A stretch of DNA of 62,795 nt, counting the filler, from Syncephalis fuscata S228 (Eukaryota; Fungi; Zoopagomycota), in assembly GCA_025786725.1 (NCBI GenBank). It is 3 parts of 3 records of this genome, joined end to end, with 100 filler letters (N's around TTAATTAATTAA, not from the genome) between each part and the next. Parts side by side here need not be neighbours in the genome. Positions count along the whole stretch, not along the records: positions 28,913 to 42,264 come from JAHLTZ010000248.1; positions 42,365 to 62,795 come from JAHLTZ010000165.1; 1 more part is not named here. One strand, given 5' to 3'. Shown here one piece after another: positions 31,421-46,891 of this stretch (position 1 is its first letter; each line of letters begins with the position of its first letter). The notes under the pieces are model-generated. The model did not search any database, was not told where the DNA came from, and saw only the letters and a list, made by a program, of their open reading frames with translations. A program made the position numbers and the translations under genes.

Positions 31421-32280
31421 TGTTTGCCAATTTGACGATAGTTATATTTTCTAATAAACTAGTTTGGCTATTGTTAAAATGATTCAATACAAATATCATT
31501 GTCATAGGTAGTATGTTGGTAAATGTTTAATCATGCAAATAATGCAGAGCCTTTACATAAACGTCAAGATGAATAGATTGATAGCTGATGCACATCCAGT
31601 TAACATTGTATATGACTCACGCACACACTACACATTATGTATTTGCTATATACTTGGAAGCAGCAATCATAAGAGTAATTTATCTGCTCATTCTAAAGAG
31701 TGATGATTTTTGTGATATTGCTAATACGTAATAACGAGCAGCTTACTATTGTATCAACTCGTCATTTGCATTCAATAATAAACAAATGCTACAAAAAATA
31801 ATAATATCTACAAGCTATTCTTATGCTCTGATTAAATTATGGCTTATTTATGTTTATAGGCTATTGTGTCTTTTATTGTATATTAACAACTACATCTAAT
31901 TGCTGCAAAATCTAAAAGCTATTTAAGCAAGAGTATCAGCCGATTTTAGATGATTCATTTCTTTTACTTTATAGCTGGCTTGGTACATTAATTGGTCTGT
32001 ATCATTCCCCTAAACGTCGCAGTAGTTGTCGATATGCTGCTTTATGACTAAAGGGATGGCATTATGAACACATATACAATCCATAAATACTATGGGCTAT
32101 AGTTAGAGTGGCTCATTTATAGTAGCGAGAATGAAGCGCAATGAAAGAAGACAAGATTATTTACATTTTAGTTTATAATGTTTATTTGTTAATAAAATAA
32201 TTGTGTTTATATATCAATAACAAAAGTAAAACTACTATTACTACTAATAATAAATGGTGCTAGTTTTTATTTTGGTTTAT

Positions 32281-33773
32281 TTATGCTTCAGACATTTCTA
32301 CAAAACCTGCCGCAGTAATGCTATATTTGAATGTACAAACTGGTGCCAACGGGGATTTTAGAACGGATAATTGGCGTGGCACGACTGATTGGTCTTTCTT
32401 AATAATAGTTGCTGGTCGACGTAGCTCAATGCGTGTAGTAATGGCGTGCGACCAAGTATTGCCTAGAGCAGCTATGTTGTAACCATCTAATAATTATAAA
32501 AATTCGTTAGAGCATTAATATGTCAATTGGCGGCTTACTCACCATTGCTTGCATCCGATCGCTCTAAACCAAGAACTGATGGCTGCTGAAACCGGGTAGT
32601 TACTTGATTCGTGACTAGTACCTGATACACAATAAGTGACAATTTAATAATACTGATAACTTACAGGAATCTGTTGTGTTTCGGCAATTTTTCTAATATC
32701 ACAAATGATTTTCAATAACTAATGGCAAATTAAATAATTTATTACTTACTTTAAAATCTTGGCTTCAGCAATAAGAAAATCATTTCGTTCAACGGCATGT
32801 TTTTGCGGTGATGTGACTGCCGATGGTGTTTCTATGCCTGGTGCCCGCACAAGTTCATGACGTACAAGTGCGGCTGTCGAGTCGATAATTACGCAGCATA
32901 CTTTCTTTTGTTTAATAAAATCCATTAGCGAATTCAATCTAAGCAATTGGTGTCAATTATGCATTAGTAAATCATTTCTACTAAGACAAGATGAAGCTAC
33001 CTTGTTAGCAGCTCGTCAGCACTGCGTATTACCGCGACATGAACACGATTTGTTAGACGACGAAGACGAGCCTGATCATTTACAAGCTCAGGAAATCGAT
33101 GCTGGGCAATTTCCACCAAACTAATATAAGTATTCGGTTAGCAGCCCTCGTTGTCTTAATGCAATGCTAATTTTAATTTACCGATCGGCTCGAAAGGTTC
33201 GTTCGGTGTCAAAATAGACGACATCACCATGAAGAGCGCTATCATTTCGGTCGTATGCGGCAAGTACTGCTAATGTATGGCATAATTGCGTTTTGCCACT
33301 GCCTGCCTGGGCCACCACCTATGCTACCCAGCAGTGTATCAGTATATATAAATAATAGTAAATCAGAGTTTATATTTGAGTACTTGCCTCAGTAATCGAG
33401 CCACAAGGTAGTCCGCCGCATAAAACACTATCAAGTGCGCGGTGTCCCGTTGATAGAAAGCCTTGCTGCTCTGCAGCTTCTTCAAACAATTCAAGTGCCT
33501 ATTGAGGAGCAGTAGCATGTTAGCATGCTATCATTCTACGCTCAGTTTTCCAACCGTCAAACTTTTAGGAGCCATTAGACGCGATACAGCCAGTAGAATT
33601 GTCCGCACTGTCAACAAGTCCCAGTCACACTGCTCTACTAGCTCGAATTCAGTTAATACTAAAAGATCGGCACAAGTGATTACGGGCGGCATTAGACTGG
33701 CCAAACGTGCCAATTGTGCTGGTAGCAATGGAATGCTGCCGCGTGTCGCTAGATCTGCTAGTCTGTCGTCCAT
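32281..33773 (-). CDS. RAD51B: RAD51 paralog, RAD51B-like
   Basis: LSTGHRALDSVLCGGLPCGSITE|VVAQAGSGKTQLC (Walker A), YFDTERTF, IIDSTAALVR (Walker B), VLVTNQVTT, AALGNTWSHAITTRI and KSPLAP. GC-AG intron at 33319-33387. Confidence 0.9.
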
Positions 33774-33869
33774 TATGCGACAATAGCTGGAATGTGTAAT
33801 TAGAAAAGTAGAGTAATGCGCTATATTTTGCCAAACAATAGTGGTCACTTGGTTTTAATAAACATATAC

Positions 33870-34290
33870 AGTTATAGATTTATTATTCAGTATGCATATA
33901 TCCTCTATCCACATATGACATTAATATTATATACTCATATATGTCAAAGTCTATTAATAAAAATATTGTGCTAAACAGACAGCTACTTTAAGTATATTGT
34001 AACCAATATACAATAAGTTAATATATTAGAATGGATATACAATGAAAAAGTATAATTAGTTATATTGAAGTCATATTGTGTATAATTTAATGAGTGAAAT
34101 GAGCGGAATATATTGCAGCATATTAACAATAGAATGTACCTACTATATCATAAACTGATACGAACGAATGGAGGATATATGCATACTGAATAATAAATCT
34201 ATGCTGATGAGTAGTTTAAGCTTTGATGTCACTCGCCACCCAGTTCCATGTTCAATAAAACAAATGACTAGTGCAATTGTATAAATGCTA
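33870..34290. mobile_element. Long-TIR repeat family element (truncated left arm, full right arm)
   Basis: ATAGATTTATTATTCAGTATGCATATATCCTC at ~33876 faces its reverse complement GAGGATATATGCATACTGAATAATAAATCTAT at ~34171, which continues into the family arm. Confidence 0.75.
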
Positions 34291-34538
34291 CAAAATGTCT
34301 TGCTTTATTGCTGTTCTTGCAGACATTCTAGCATATAATACATATAAAAAATAATATCTGTTTATCTATGTTTTATTTTTCTTTTCTTTTGCTTCTGTTT
34401 AACATTATGGAAGGAAAGACTGTTTATTGTCAATACAGCAATACATAGCAATGTAGGTCGTGTTAATTACTAACTTAATTTACTCATCGTAAATCATTAT
34501 GATAGCAATAAAACAAAGCAATTATTTAGAGTTTATTA

Positions 34539-36705
34539 TTAAGTGTGGGTACAGTCATCTGGTAAAGCACTACAGGCTATATTTGCACTATTACTTGTTG
34601 TTGGTAGCGCATTTACACCTAGACCGCGTTTTGAAAAAGCTCTCCAAATGGCACAGCGATGGAGACCGTGAGTAAGTAGTTGTTCAGCAAGCAGGATGGC
34701 ATCACGCGCACTAAGAAACGTGGGCCGACACGGCTGCAGTTTTAGACCGTCTATGACCAATTGTAAAGCTAATGTATTACCCCACTGTAGATCGGGACTA
34801 TCTACTTGATCGGTAACACCAAGCGTATCATCAACAAGTTGCCAGTACATTTCATAAAGCATTTCGCACCAAATCATACCGGTGTTGTGTGGTTGTTGCC
34901 AATAGGTCTCGTTCATAAGTGCATAGTTAAGCGGATTGTAAAGTAGATCAGTTGAGTAGTCGTAGAGACGTAGACCACGAGAATTAGCGTAGGTACCTAC
35001 GTTTAAACCATGTCCTGGCGCGTGTCGGATTGGTGATGTGCTTGTTGTTCCGGACGGGCTAACACTTGCCGTCGCTTCAAGCCAGATGGCAACAAAATCG
35101 CTCCATCCTTCGGCCATTCCCAGCCCTTCTCCTTCGGCAAGACAGTCAGAATTGGCCGGCCCTCCTGTCAATCGTGCGGTGAGGCCGTGCGTATACTCGT
35201 GGGCCACAACATCATTAAGAAAACCACCGTCTTTTAGTGGCTGAGTATAGTTGTAAAAATGAATACGCATGCGTGGCCGCTCACCGTCAGGCGGAACAAT
35301 AATGTCAGCATTATTTGTAGCGCCAGTATCCTGCGTATTTGCTAATAAAGCATCGTTTCCTAGACCACCCTTTTCCCAATTACTTTCTTGAAAGTTACCG
35401 GCTACTTCGTTAAAGCCATATTGATAAAAAAGATCATGCAACTATTAAAAGTAGCTGCACTTATTAGAAGTATTTCATTACTATCGTTATATTAAATTAA
35501 ATACTTACATAATTGATAAGATAAAATACATTAGTAACTGAAGCATTTTGATTAATTGTTGGATCATCGGCTGTCGCGTTGAACGCAAAATCAAACACAA
35601 GATTATCGCCGCCATCGGGCCGGTGACCTGCTGCCAAAAGATCTTTTGTTTGTTCTGCAGCCGAGCGATTGGCCAGATTTTCCTGTGCGTAGACATTGTT
35701 GCCAATAGTCACGGTAAAATTATGGAAACCGCCATCATATTCTTGCTGATGCCAGCCGTGGGGCGATGAGACTTGATTGGCCGGATTTATTACTAGTGTA
35801 CGCAGGTCAGGCCGAGGATCTTGGGATAAAGCTGGAATGACGCAATAAGCATTGCTTAGACTTGCATGATATTGCCAATTGGAAATGGCAAGAACACGCG
35901 AACCATCCATAGAAATTTGGACATGATAATGACCGTTAGCAGTGGCCACTCGATACGACCATACTGGAAGTATATGGTTGATGGTATTGTCATCACTATC
36001 ACCGTGTAGACCGGCTGCGCTAACCTGCACTGGACCACTGGCAAATGGAATATCGCGTAATTCGGTTGTATTAAATTGTGCAGCAACATTTGTCACATTT
36101 GACGGCGAATCAACTGGTAATACGTGCAATGACATTGCTCTGATGGGCATCTGAGAATTGAATAGCTTGGCTAATGCTCCCAATGCTTGATAAGGTGATA
36201 CAATTTTGTCTATTGGCGTAAACTTAGCAATGGGCGTGTTGTTATCATTGACATGCATTGCTACAGCTGTAGGTTCATTCGTTTCCGTGCAGCTGTGACG
36301 TTCTGGCAAGTTGAAACTATTGCTAAAAGCAACCATGCAGCCTGTGTCATTGATATGAATACCGGCATCACCATTGATTACCGGTAATTGATCAACTAGC
36401 TGCTTAATGTAAATGTGTGTAACGCCCATACTTGAAGATCGATATTGATTTTTAATTATATAATCTGTGTCTTTTAAACAATAATGTTCAAATAAAAATG
36501 ATCGGGCAATTTCAACAGGATCAGATGCAGTGCTGGTGAATAAGCAGGTGCCAATTCTTGGCAATACGTCAAAGACAACAGGTACTGGTGGACTAAAGCT
36601 TTCTAGTTGAGCCGATACACTAAATAACCGTAAAAATAGCACGAATAGCCAAAAATAGCCCGTAGATATATGGCCGAGTAAATTGCACTGCTTGTATGAT
36701 ATCAT
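34539..36705 (-). CDS. Fungalysin (M36) secreted metalloprotease, 2 exons
   Basis: Signal peptide, FTP propeptide (GVTHIYIKQ...INGD), SPHGWH, TIGNNV, HDLFYQYGFNEVAGNFQ, zinc motif HEYTHG, EGWSD and LQPCRPTFLSARDAIL. Confidence 0.95.
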
Positions 36706-37934
36706 AGCGGTATATGGTTGATATCGGCCTATTATTCTTGAATTTATTTAGCCGTAACTATTATCGTATAAAATATGGCTACAGTGTAGTAAAGCAAGTT
36801 TAATCTGTTACCATGTTATTGATACCCGATTGAACAAATCATTTATTGATAGACATTTATAAAACATATTACATTATATAATTTGCTAATTAACACTGAG
36901 GAAATGTGTTGTAAAGGAATGCAAAATATTAGTGTATGAATAATTGATTTTTTATTTTAAATTCAATAGTCCTTGATGATTAGTATTGGATTGAATAGAA
37001 TAAAACTAGTACATATAGGCTATATCACTTTTTCAATATCAATAGAAACAACCGAGATGTCATGAGGCCAAACGCACAGTTTGCATTGGGCCATATTTCT
37101 AATAATAGCCACGCCAGGACATAAAAATGGCGTATCGTCGCAGTCTGAAATATTATAATTGGCCGCCAGGGTTGCCACTTTAATAAGAGGGTTGTTAATA
37201 AAACTAATCCACGTTTATTACATATCTATATTAACGAAAGAGCAATAAAGTGATATCAAAATAATGGCCAACAAAACCACCAAAGAGGCCGAATGTCATC
37301 CGATGCTATTTGCATTTCTATAAGGAATATGGCCGAGAACCAATCATAATGGGCCAGCATGTCAGTGTTTTTTTCCTTGATAAATTGCCCCGACTTTTGA
37401 GTGGGTAGCTGCAGCCATTGGATTACCGATATAATTAAACTGCACTGCCCAGGCTAGCATAGCCACCAGTATTGCCAGTATTCGCTGGCAGTCAATATGA
37501 TGAACATCAATGATAACATCACTACATACAAGATAAAGTGTGTAATCTAACAGTTATTATATCCCCCCAATTTCTATTGTAATACATCAATAGCATCATC
37601 ATCATCATCATCGGTAGCCGTATAATAATCAGAGTAGCATCATCCACATGACACTCCCCTTTTGCTACTGACCAACCAGCGACACTAAAAACACAGCTCT
37701 TCTTCTCTTCCTATTGTACCACAGCTTGTCTTTTCATCCTCTTCATCATCCTGCACCTGCAGAAACGCACACTTCATCTTGTCTGTCTGCTTACCTTCCA
37801 ATTTGTGTATTCATTTTTGCTTTTGAACTAGCTTATCATCTACTATTATTCATCTTACCTTTTAACAACTATAGCCACCACTAGCACCACAACTACAGTC
37901 CAGTCTTCTCGGCTCCTTTGGTCTTTTTTTCATC

Positions 37935-39238
<1,304 letters not shown>

Positions 39239-39957
39239 ACACACAGACACATATACACACACATACACATAAATCCATACTATTTGGTTGGATATGCTTT
39301 CCTATGGTTCAACTTGTAGGCATGCCTATTTTTTTGAAAGGCACGATAAATGAGGGCAGATAAATGAGCTAGTACAATGTTTGGGGATATATATATTTTT
39401 CTATTTGTTTTGACAATCAAGAAAAACGACATATTAGACGCTCACACATCTTGGCGGCCGATATTGGTGCTATGATTGGCCTTTGACGATCTTGGCCAAT
39501 GCTTGTCGCAGTATCAAGTTTTTTATTTGTTTTCATTGTCTTTCACGCTAATGGCGCATGTTTTCATGTCCTGTTTTTGTTTTTACGACGTATGTACGTT
39601 TCCCTGTCATTGGTTCTCGATCCATCATTTCTTATTATTCGCTTTCGTCATATAGTTTCCTTCCTTGATTTGTGCATTGCATACCTCTATTCACAACACA
39701 AATACAACAACAGGCCGTGTAGGTTTGGATCAGATTATCCAGCCGTCGTTCCTAGTCTATTTTTCGTTATTCATAATTTCAACTGTTTATTCAAAAGTTT
39801 CATGAAATTGAAAGAGAGAGAGAAAAGAAAAATGTGCAGATACAAATATGTAGTATTAACAACAGCTATCGTGTAATGTATGGATAATTATTCTTTTTAC
39901 ACTAGAAAGAAGGAAAGAAGAAAAGTGCAGTGAAGCAAAGTGTACGATCAATATTGA

Positions 39958-42264
39958 CTAGTTAATTAGCCATTGATTAGCAAATGTAGTAAATTCGTCT
40001 AGAGTCATCATTTCATACTATTTAATCATTGATTAATATTGGTTATAATGCATATTATATACTATATAATGGATACTTGCCTGGAATATTGGACCTTGTG
40101 TACCTAGATAATCTGTAAATGGTCCAGTATCTTTTATTGAATTGGTAGGTGGCAAGGGGATTAGTTCACCTATAGCCTTTGGCACTGTTGCAGTTGCGGT
40201 GGTTGCCGTTATTGTAGTTGTTTCTGTCGTTGCCGTTGCAGCAGCTGTCAGTGAATTTTTATTAGAATCACTAACTAGTTCAATGACTCGACGCCATCTT
40301 AGTTGATCGGATAGAATCATTGTTTGCTTATTTGATATAGTCTTAGGTGCCTATACCAATAATAAAAATGATTAATTTAGTGCTGGTAATAAACTCAAGT
40401 TATACCGCTTACTGGATGAATGGATAAACGTTGTTCGACCGCTAACTGTTCAAGTATTTCATATGTTTCAACTGCCCTATTACACATAAATGAGTATCAT
40501 CAAATAAAAATTAATTGAGTATAGAACTTACCATTGCCATTCCATGACTGTATGTCGTGTACACGTGACAAGATGGGGATTCTGTATTTTTGTTACTAGA
40601 TCAACTAAATCAACATGGCTAATGGCTAATGTCCAACTAGGTAGCTATTTATAATGTTAATCAATCAATATTAAATACTCCGACTACTATTACTATAACA
40701 ACACTTACCTTATTTAATAAAACGTAAAGATCATCGAGCCAGCGATAACGTGATAATAGAACAGGTAGCGTGGCCACAATAACGCCACCAGGATAAAGAA
40801 TTTCTTTAACACCCAAATTGCCTAATTGTACACCATATTGAATAAATCTTAATGTAGGACGACGTGTTAATGCCGAAAACCTGGATGAGCGATTAGTGTA
40901 CGCAATGAAGCGACATGAACCTATAAAGTGTTAAATACTATTTACACTACTAGTGTCTAATCTACTCACAATGACTAGACGCAAATTTAATTCGCCTAGA
41001 TTCTTTGTTTCTGTACTGCCCTCAGGTAGCATTGCTTTAATAGCTTGTAGATGTTCACGATCATCGTTTTCACGGAATGAATCATAACTAGCCGTTTTGG
41101 GTGGCCCAATAATTGTATAAAGAATTGGCCAGGTTTAACGCCCTACCATACCAACCATAAGCATTAATAGATACAGCAAGCCATACTTGCCTTTATCGCG
41201 AGATCAATATCATGAGCAAATAATTCACGATGACTACTAATAGAAGCCATAGCAGTAGTGAATCATCTGCTAATAGTCTCATTGGATCATTTCTAATTCA
41301 TTAGTGTAATTATATGACTAATTAGCCAATTTAAAGGTGTATATAAACATGTAGCTTACCTGAATCTTCTTGACTGTACACCACTGGCCATTAGTGCCAT
41401 AATAAGCGGGGTCTGGCTGTCAATAAAATAGGATGGAACGGCCTTTGATAGTGTTGGAAACCAACGAAGCATAGTATGAAGTGGCATCAATGCAAATACT
41501 TTATCGCTAGACACAATAATACCAACCTATAAATAAATAAATTAGTAATTCAATTTACACAATATAGAAATGACTTACCGACTCTCGTTGTGTAAGGAAT
41601 TGGGAGAGCCGTGTCAATACAAAATGATAAGATGTTTCATTTGGATCGGACATCTCCGGCGACTGTAGTGCAATCATGATAGGCAAATTATTTTCACCTA
41701 CCACGGCACTTTGTAGAAATGATTCCGATATGGCATTGGGAAATAAATAGCGTACACGTAACGTGCAATCCGGCGCTCTACACCACATTACATTAAATGA
41801 ATACTAATATTGATGATATAAAGACGACAGGACACTTACAGAATAGAATGGGCTTCTAATTCATCATCAGATACACCGTAAAGCCAGGTCGCTTTACACT
41901 GACACGCTTGTTGGCCAGTGCCACAAAATAGTTCAATATAAATACTCGGCGGTGTTGATAGAATGGGATCATAACTACTATCGTCATAGTGTGGATGCTG
42001 GATATCGCCACCACTGCCACCCGTACTAGTGGTACTAGCCCCACCATCACTACTAATACGCTCCATAACCGAACTTAATAATGACTCTAATTTAATGACT
42101 GTCAATATGTAAATTGTTTAAATTAACTATTCTTTTACCTTCAAATGGGCGCTGTGGACTAGAAAGTGTAGAATAAATAGTATCAGGCGCTGAATATGGC
42201 TTTGGTTTTGGTCTAGCCGACAAAGATAATAATTGCTGTTCCTCGATTAAAGTTGGTGTAGTGG
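39958..42264 (-). CDS. 5'-truncated nuclear protein with putative SPOC and PIN-like domains (Chp1/TASOR-like); several apparent indels
   Basis: SPOC-like YHFVLTRLSQFLTQRES|VGIIVSSDKVFALMP. PIN-like RLVI|VHVASLRTLIAHPG(F)SALTRRPTLRFIQYG...EILYPGGVIVATLPVL...WTLAI...RWRRVIELV...YEMMTLDEF. Canonical introns. Cut by the contig end. Confidence 0.6.
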
Positions 42265-42364
42265 NNNNNNNNNNNNNNNNNNNNNNNNNNNNNNNNNNNN
42301 NNNNNNNNTTAATTAATTAANNNNNNNNNNNNNNNNNNNNNNNNNNNNNNNNNNNNNNNNNNNN
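42265..42364. other. Artificial contig spacer
   Basis: N44-TTAATTAATTAA-N44. Confidence 0.98.
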
Positions 42365-42451
42365 GTTTATTTGGAATGTGATTTGCATTAAATTTATTAA
42401 ATTATTACTAAGCAACTTATCAGAAATCTAATGCAATGGAGCTTGAATAAT

Positions 42452-43002
42452 TACATTTAATAGCATTCGTGTAGTTGACCTACATATTCGGTATATTGAA
42501 CATGAAACTGGATGGTGAGTGACATCAGCCATTAAACGTTCATTATCATAGATTTACTATCCAGTACGCATATATCCTTTTTCTAATTATATCATTTCTA
42601 CGTGTACTTTATTACTATATGCAATTTTATAGTATGCTAAACGCATTCTATTTATTATAGTTTGCAATGCGTTTTAATCATTCCACTCATTGTGTGACAT
42701 GCACTATAGCTTCAAACTGCCGATTTTGTAAGTATCGCTGTATACTAAATATACCGCATATTGTTTTAGCATATGACAATGCAAATTATCTATAAATTGC
42801 TGCAGTTTGGCCCTGGATTTATTGATAGTATATCGCAACTCACATGTGTATAGAATGTTAATAGTATGTGTAGCTAGAGGATATGTGCATACTGGATAAT
42901 AGATCTATGATGATGAGTATTTGGTGATTGATGTAACTTACCACTTAGTTCCATGTCAATAAAACGAATGTGTAGTTTAATTACACAGATATGATCAAAT
43001 AT
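42452..43002. mobile_element. MITE/foldback-like element with ~125-bp imperfect terminal inverted repeats
   Basis: Left arm GTGTAGTTGACCTACATATTCGGTATATTGAACATG...TATCCAGTACGCATATATCCT. The reverse complement of the right arm is GTGTAATTAAACTACACATTCGTTTTATTGACATG...TATCCAGTATGCACATATCCT. No ORF, and exact termini/TSD are unresolved. Confidence 0.75.
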
Positions 43003-43350
43003 AGCCTCTTGATCTTTAAAACATATTAAATGTCTGGTGAGTTATTTATAAAAACAATTGGGTATTATTACACGCAGTTAGACAAAATAAAGTATATAAA
43101 CTTGTCATTATCATATTGCATATTATGTCAGTTGTATAGTTGAGCTGTTATGATTATTATGCAACGGTCCTTGTACTAGTCAAATATATTTGTACAAATG
43201 AATGCTGTGGTATCTAATTGTTGTAAATGATAAAAATCATTAATTAGATTAATGTAATATTTAATACTCATCCAAATATTACTTGTCATAGCCAGATTAT
43301 TGCCTTGAATCAGCTGCTAGTTCAAAATTGTGTTGCTGTATTTTGTTGCC

Positions 43351-46300
43351 CAAATAATGATTGCTTAATGGTTAGTATTCGTATTAGAGTACACTGATGA
43401 GTAATGCTTATAAACTGATTTATTGATACAAAAATATAAAACTAATATAAAACCACTTGTGATACTGCGAATATGGGCTAGCCCATTAAACAGGTAGCTG
43501 CTGTTCCCAGTCCCTATCAGTTCCAATATAGAACGACGGGCCCGGTGTACAGCAGTTAGTTGCTTATTGGTCCCGCCCAATGTACTATTGCCTAGAATAA
43601 AGTTAGCACTGTTTTAGTTAATTTTGCATTAACTTACCATGTTGTACAGACTTGCATTTACTTGCACTTAATGGCGCAAGTGTTCCTTTTTAGCGTTGCG
43701 CACAGCAGTGCGACGGCGCAGTCTTGAGGCGGCAGTTCGGCGAGGTCCCCCACCCCGCGGAACTACCCGATAAGTGCTGTTGATCGCAACAGCAGCCTTG
43801 GTTGGTTGAGCCGGTGCCAATTTGAGGGCGCCGGTGTATTCCACACCATCCATAGGAGTGGTGTGGATAGAGGAGGAGGAGGAGGAGCAGTAGTAATGAC
43901 TACTGAATGAAAAGCCGGAAAGGCTAGTGATGGTGGTGTTGACTGCTTTGTTGCTGCTCAAAACCTCCTCGGTTTGAACAGCAACGCTGCACAAAGCAGT
44001 CTCCGCTTGCGTTCCTACGCAGCGGATATTTGGAGGCAATAGAGCCTGTGTTGCGACTGGCACAGACTCTGGCAGCTTGGCTTTTTTCAAAGCCGGCTTA
44101 CTGCCTGCCTCAATGTCCGTCTCAGAAAACAAACGTTTCTGGACGACAGGCAATGGCATCGTAGCATAAATAATGCTACGGGTATAAACAACTGTAGCAG
44201 CCATCGCTAACTACTTTACGCTATAAAAACACACAATACATACAATTAATACCATGTAAATAGTATATGTAATGCGAATACAAACACAGCATAACCAAAT
44301 AAACTATTCAATTCAAATGGATGAACAGTTTTAAGCAAACGCCAAGAATGCACTGCACGGCTAAACAAATCAAACACAGGTGCAACGCAACGTGTTATGC
44401 AACAGCGCAACTTGGCGCAGCAATAATATTCCCATTCACTGACAAACGTAGACGCAAACGCAACACTTGCTTACCTTTAAAAAAGTTTTTATAACAAAAA
44501 ACAAGGAAATGAAACTACAATATTGTAGTAGAACAAAAAGACAAGATAAAACAAACAAGATGAAAGCGTTATAGAGATCTAAATATCAATCTTGCGCGGC
44601 TTTTTACACAATAAATTGCCACTCAACTATTTTACACTCACACACCAGTAGCTTGTACCATCATTTATTCGTATCGAGTATTTGTATGTACAACTTGTAG
44701 TATCACTATTGTCTTGTGTAGTTCAATACGAGCTCACTAACCAAAACAGGCCTGCATCGGACATGAATATCAAATGGTCCGTGTACACCTTGCTAAACCG
44801 GTAAATAGTCCAATAAACTAGATGGCGTGATCACAACAGCAAATAGACACATAACACGTGATCTTGTGTTTACTTTTCATAAATACGCCACCACCATGAT
44901 TGTCGCGTATTAATAACGCGCGTACACGGCTGAAACAATAACATACCATTTATACAATACATGTAGCTGTAATAATATATAATAATATTTATTCAAGTCA
45001 CTTGTACAAATTCTGATAGTCATGATACACAGTGTATTGCTATTTATACGATTGCTTCATTACTTAGTTGATTGATTTATATTCCAGTATATCTGTATAT
45101 TTCTAACAACCATAAACAATGCCAATGCTTTATGCAACACGTTTATATTGAAACGTGGTTTTAAAGGTGGTTTGTTGATATATGCGTTGTAGTTACCGTA
45201 GTCTTGTTATTCATATAGATAGACGTCATTTTATCTTACTGCAACCAGCTCATTGTTACAGCAGCTTTTACTAGCTTCATTGTTATATAAAAACAATAGT
45301 TGTTATTATCTATCGTATGTGAGCCTTATAACATAAACGTGTATTTAGTGGGTATAGTTGTAGTGGATTTGATATACTAGATACAATATTGCACAAGTAC
45401 TTGGCAGTATATTTATGTATACACAGGCAATTATGTACTTAGTTATACTCGGCAGCATTATTAGTAGTAGCTGCCTTTGCTTTGTGCTTTAACATAAATT
45501 ATAAGCTGTCCGATTATCAGTAGATTATTGATGTATTAATAGTTTAGTTGCTTGAATGCGCTGGTATCCGGATCGGTTGGCATTATACCAAAATAACTAG
45601 CTTGTTTTAATAATCTCGAATGTTCAAGCATAATTATAATTTGTTGATATCGTATCCTAAACAGCATATGTTTGCTATTCTGCCTATATGGGAACGAAGT
45701 GTGAGACTGCATTTGGTTGGTTATCGTAACGTTGCAACGTCAGCAACTAAGCTATACCTTGATCGACATTATTAGTGGTTCTGTTTCTATTGCTTATACG
45801 TTTTGCTTTTGTTTAAGTAGCTATGAAGCACGTTGTGATTATTTTCTAATGAGCAATATAAAAGGCTTGTAACACCTATTTACTTCACCTCTTTAACCGA
45901 CATTATACTATAATAGCAACACCTACTTTAAATGGTGCATGCTATTAGCGGCAAAGTTCTATGCATACACGTAATGAGCAATTGAAGCGGCCTAAGTTGA
46001 GCCTTTCAACAAACATAGCTAGCAACAAGTAGGCTACTTTTACAAATAACGCATAGCTATTAGACTATGCAGCGTGTAAATAAAACAATATGGAAAAGAA
46101 AAGTGTATGAATAGTAGTGTTAACGTTATAGTGTTATACATGCATGAACGAACGAGTGAAATAAACAAAATGCATAACGAGTAGGGCTAGCGCCAGACGG
46201 TAAAACAGTTTCAAAAAAAGTACAGTTACTATATACTAAAGTGAGCATAAAATGGAAAGAATATGAAAACGGTGTTTGAGTTATTAAGCATATATGCATG

Positions 46301-46777
46301 ATCAATGAGCGGAATTAGTCGACATTTATAAATAATAAAGCTAGAACAAAAATAAAAGCAGTTTTGGATAGAGTGATGCCAAGAGATTATGGAACGATAT
46401 ATAAAATGATAAACGTACGGTGAAAAAGTATATAAAACAATATCAAAGTTACAGTGTGTATAGCGTAATGAGCATAATGAGCAAAGTTTATTGCAGCATA
46501 TAATGAATAAAATGTACTTAATATATCATAAAATGATATATAGTAGTGTGTAACAGAATGGGAATGATATAAACAAATAGAGCATATATACATACTAAAT
46601 GATAAATCTATGATGATGGGTATTTAATGATTGATGTTGCTTACCACCCATCATGTTCAGTAGATTGGATATTATTAAATTTAGTCATTTGACCACCAAG
46701 CAAACAATAAATGTGATGATGCGCTGATTAAATAAAACTCACCACTTGCCCCATGTTCAATAGATTGAATGTGCAGT
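43351..46777 (-). repeat. Left arm of 3427-bp inverted repeat
   Basis: Reverse complement of 52549-55975. Paired coordinates sum to 99326 at both ends and at all three paired ORFs, whose translations are identical. Confidence 0.97.
43668..44204 (-). CDS. Orphan 178-aa low-complexity protein (NLS, tandem TQ/VQT motifs, Arg-rich end), copy 1
   Basis: GC-rich ORF in AT-rich surroundings, with a 5'-UTR intron and a downstream GT-AG intron. Identical to 55122-55658. Confidence 0.65.
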   Translation of the reverse strand: MAATVVYTRSIIYATMPLPVVQKRLFSETDIEAGSKPALKKAKLPESVPVATQALLPPNIRCVGTQAETALCSVAVQTEEVLSSNKAVNTTITSLSGFSFSSHYYCSSSSSSIHTTPMDGVEYTGALKLAPAQPTKAAVAINSTYRVVPRGGGPRRTAASRLRRRTAVRNAKKEHLRH

Positions 46778-46891
46778 TCAATTACATTATTATTTATACA
46801 TAAAAACTATTGCGCTGCACTAAAATTTGATATTTATTAATAAAACTAACAAATAGAACAAATAGTTTGCAGAGTGATTTCTAACAATTGT

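Noticed and set aside
46387-46593. 68-aa ORF (and its copy 52733..52939)
   Set aside because: Lies in AT-rich TIR-family sequence with composition typical of spurious ORFs.
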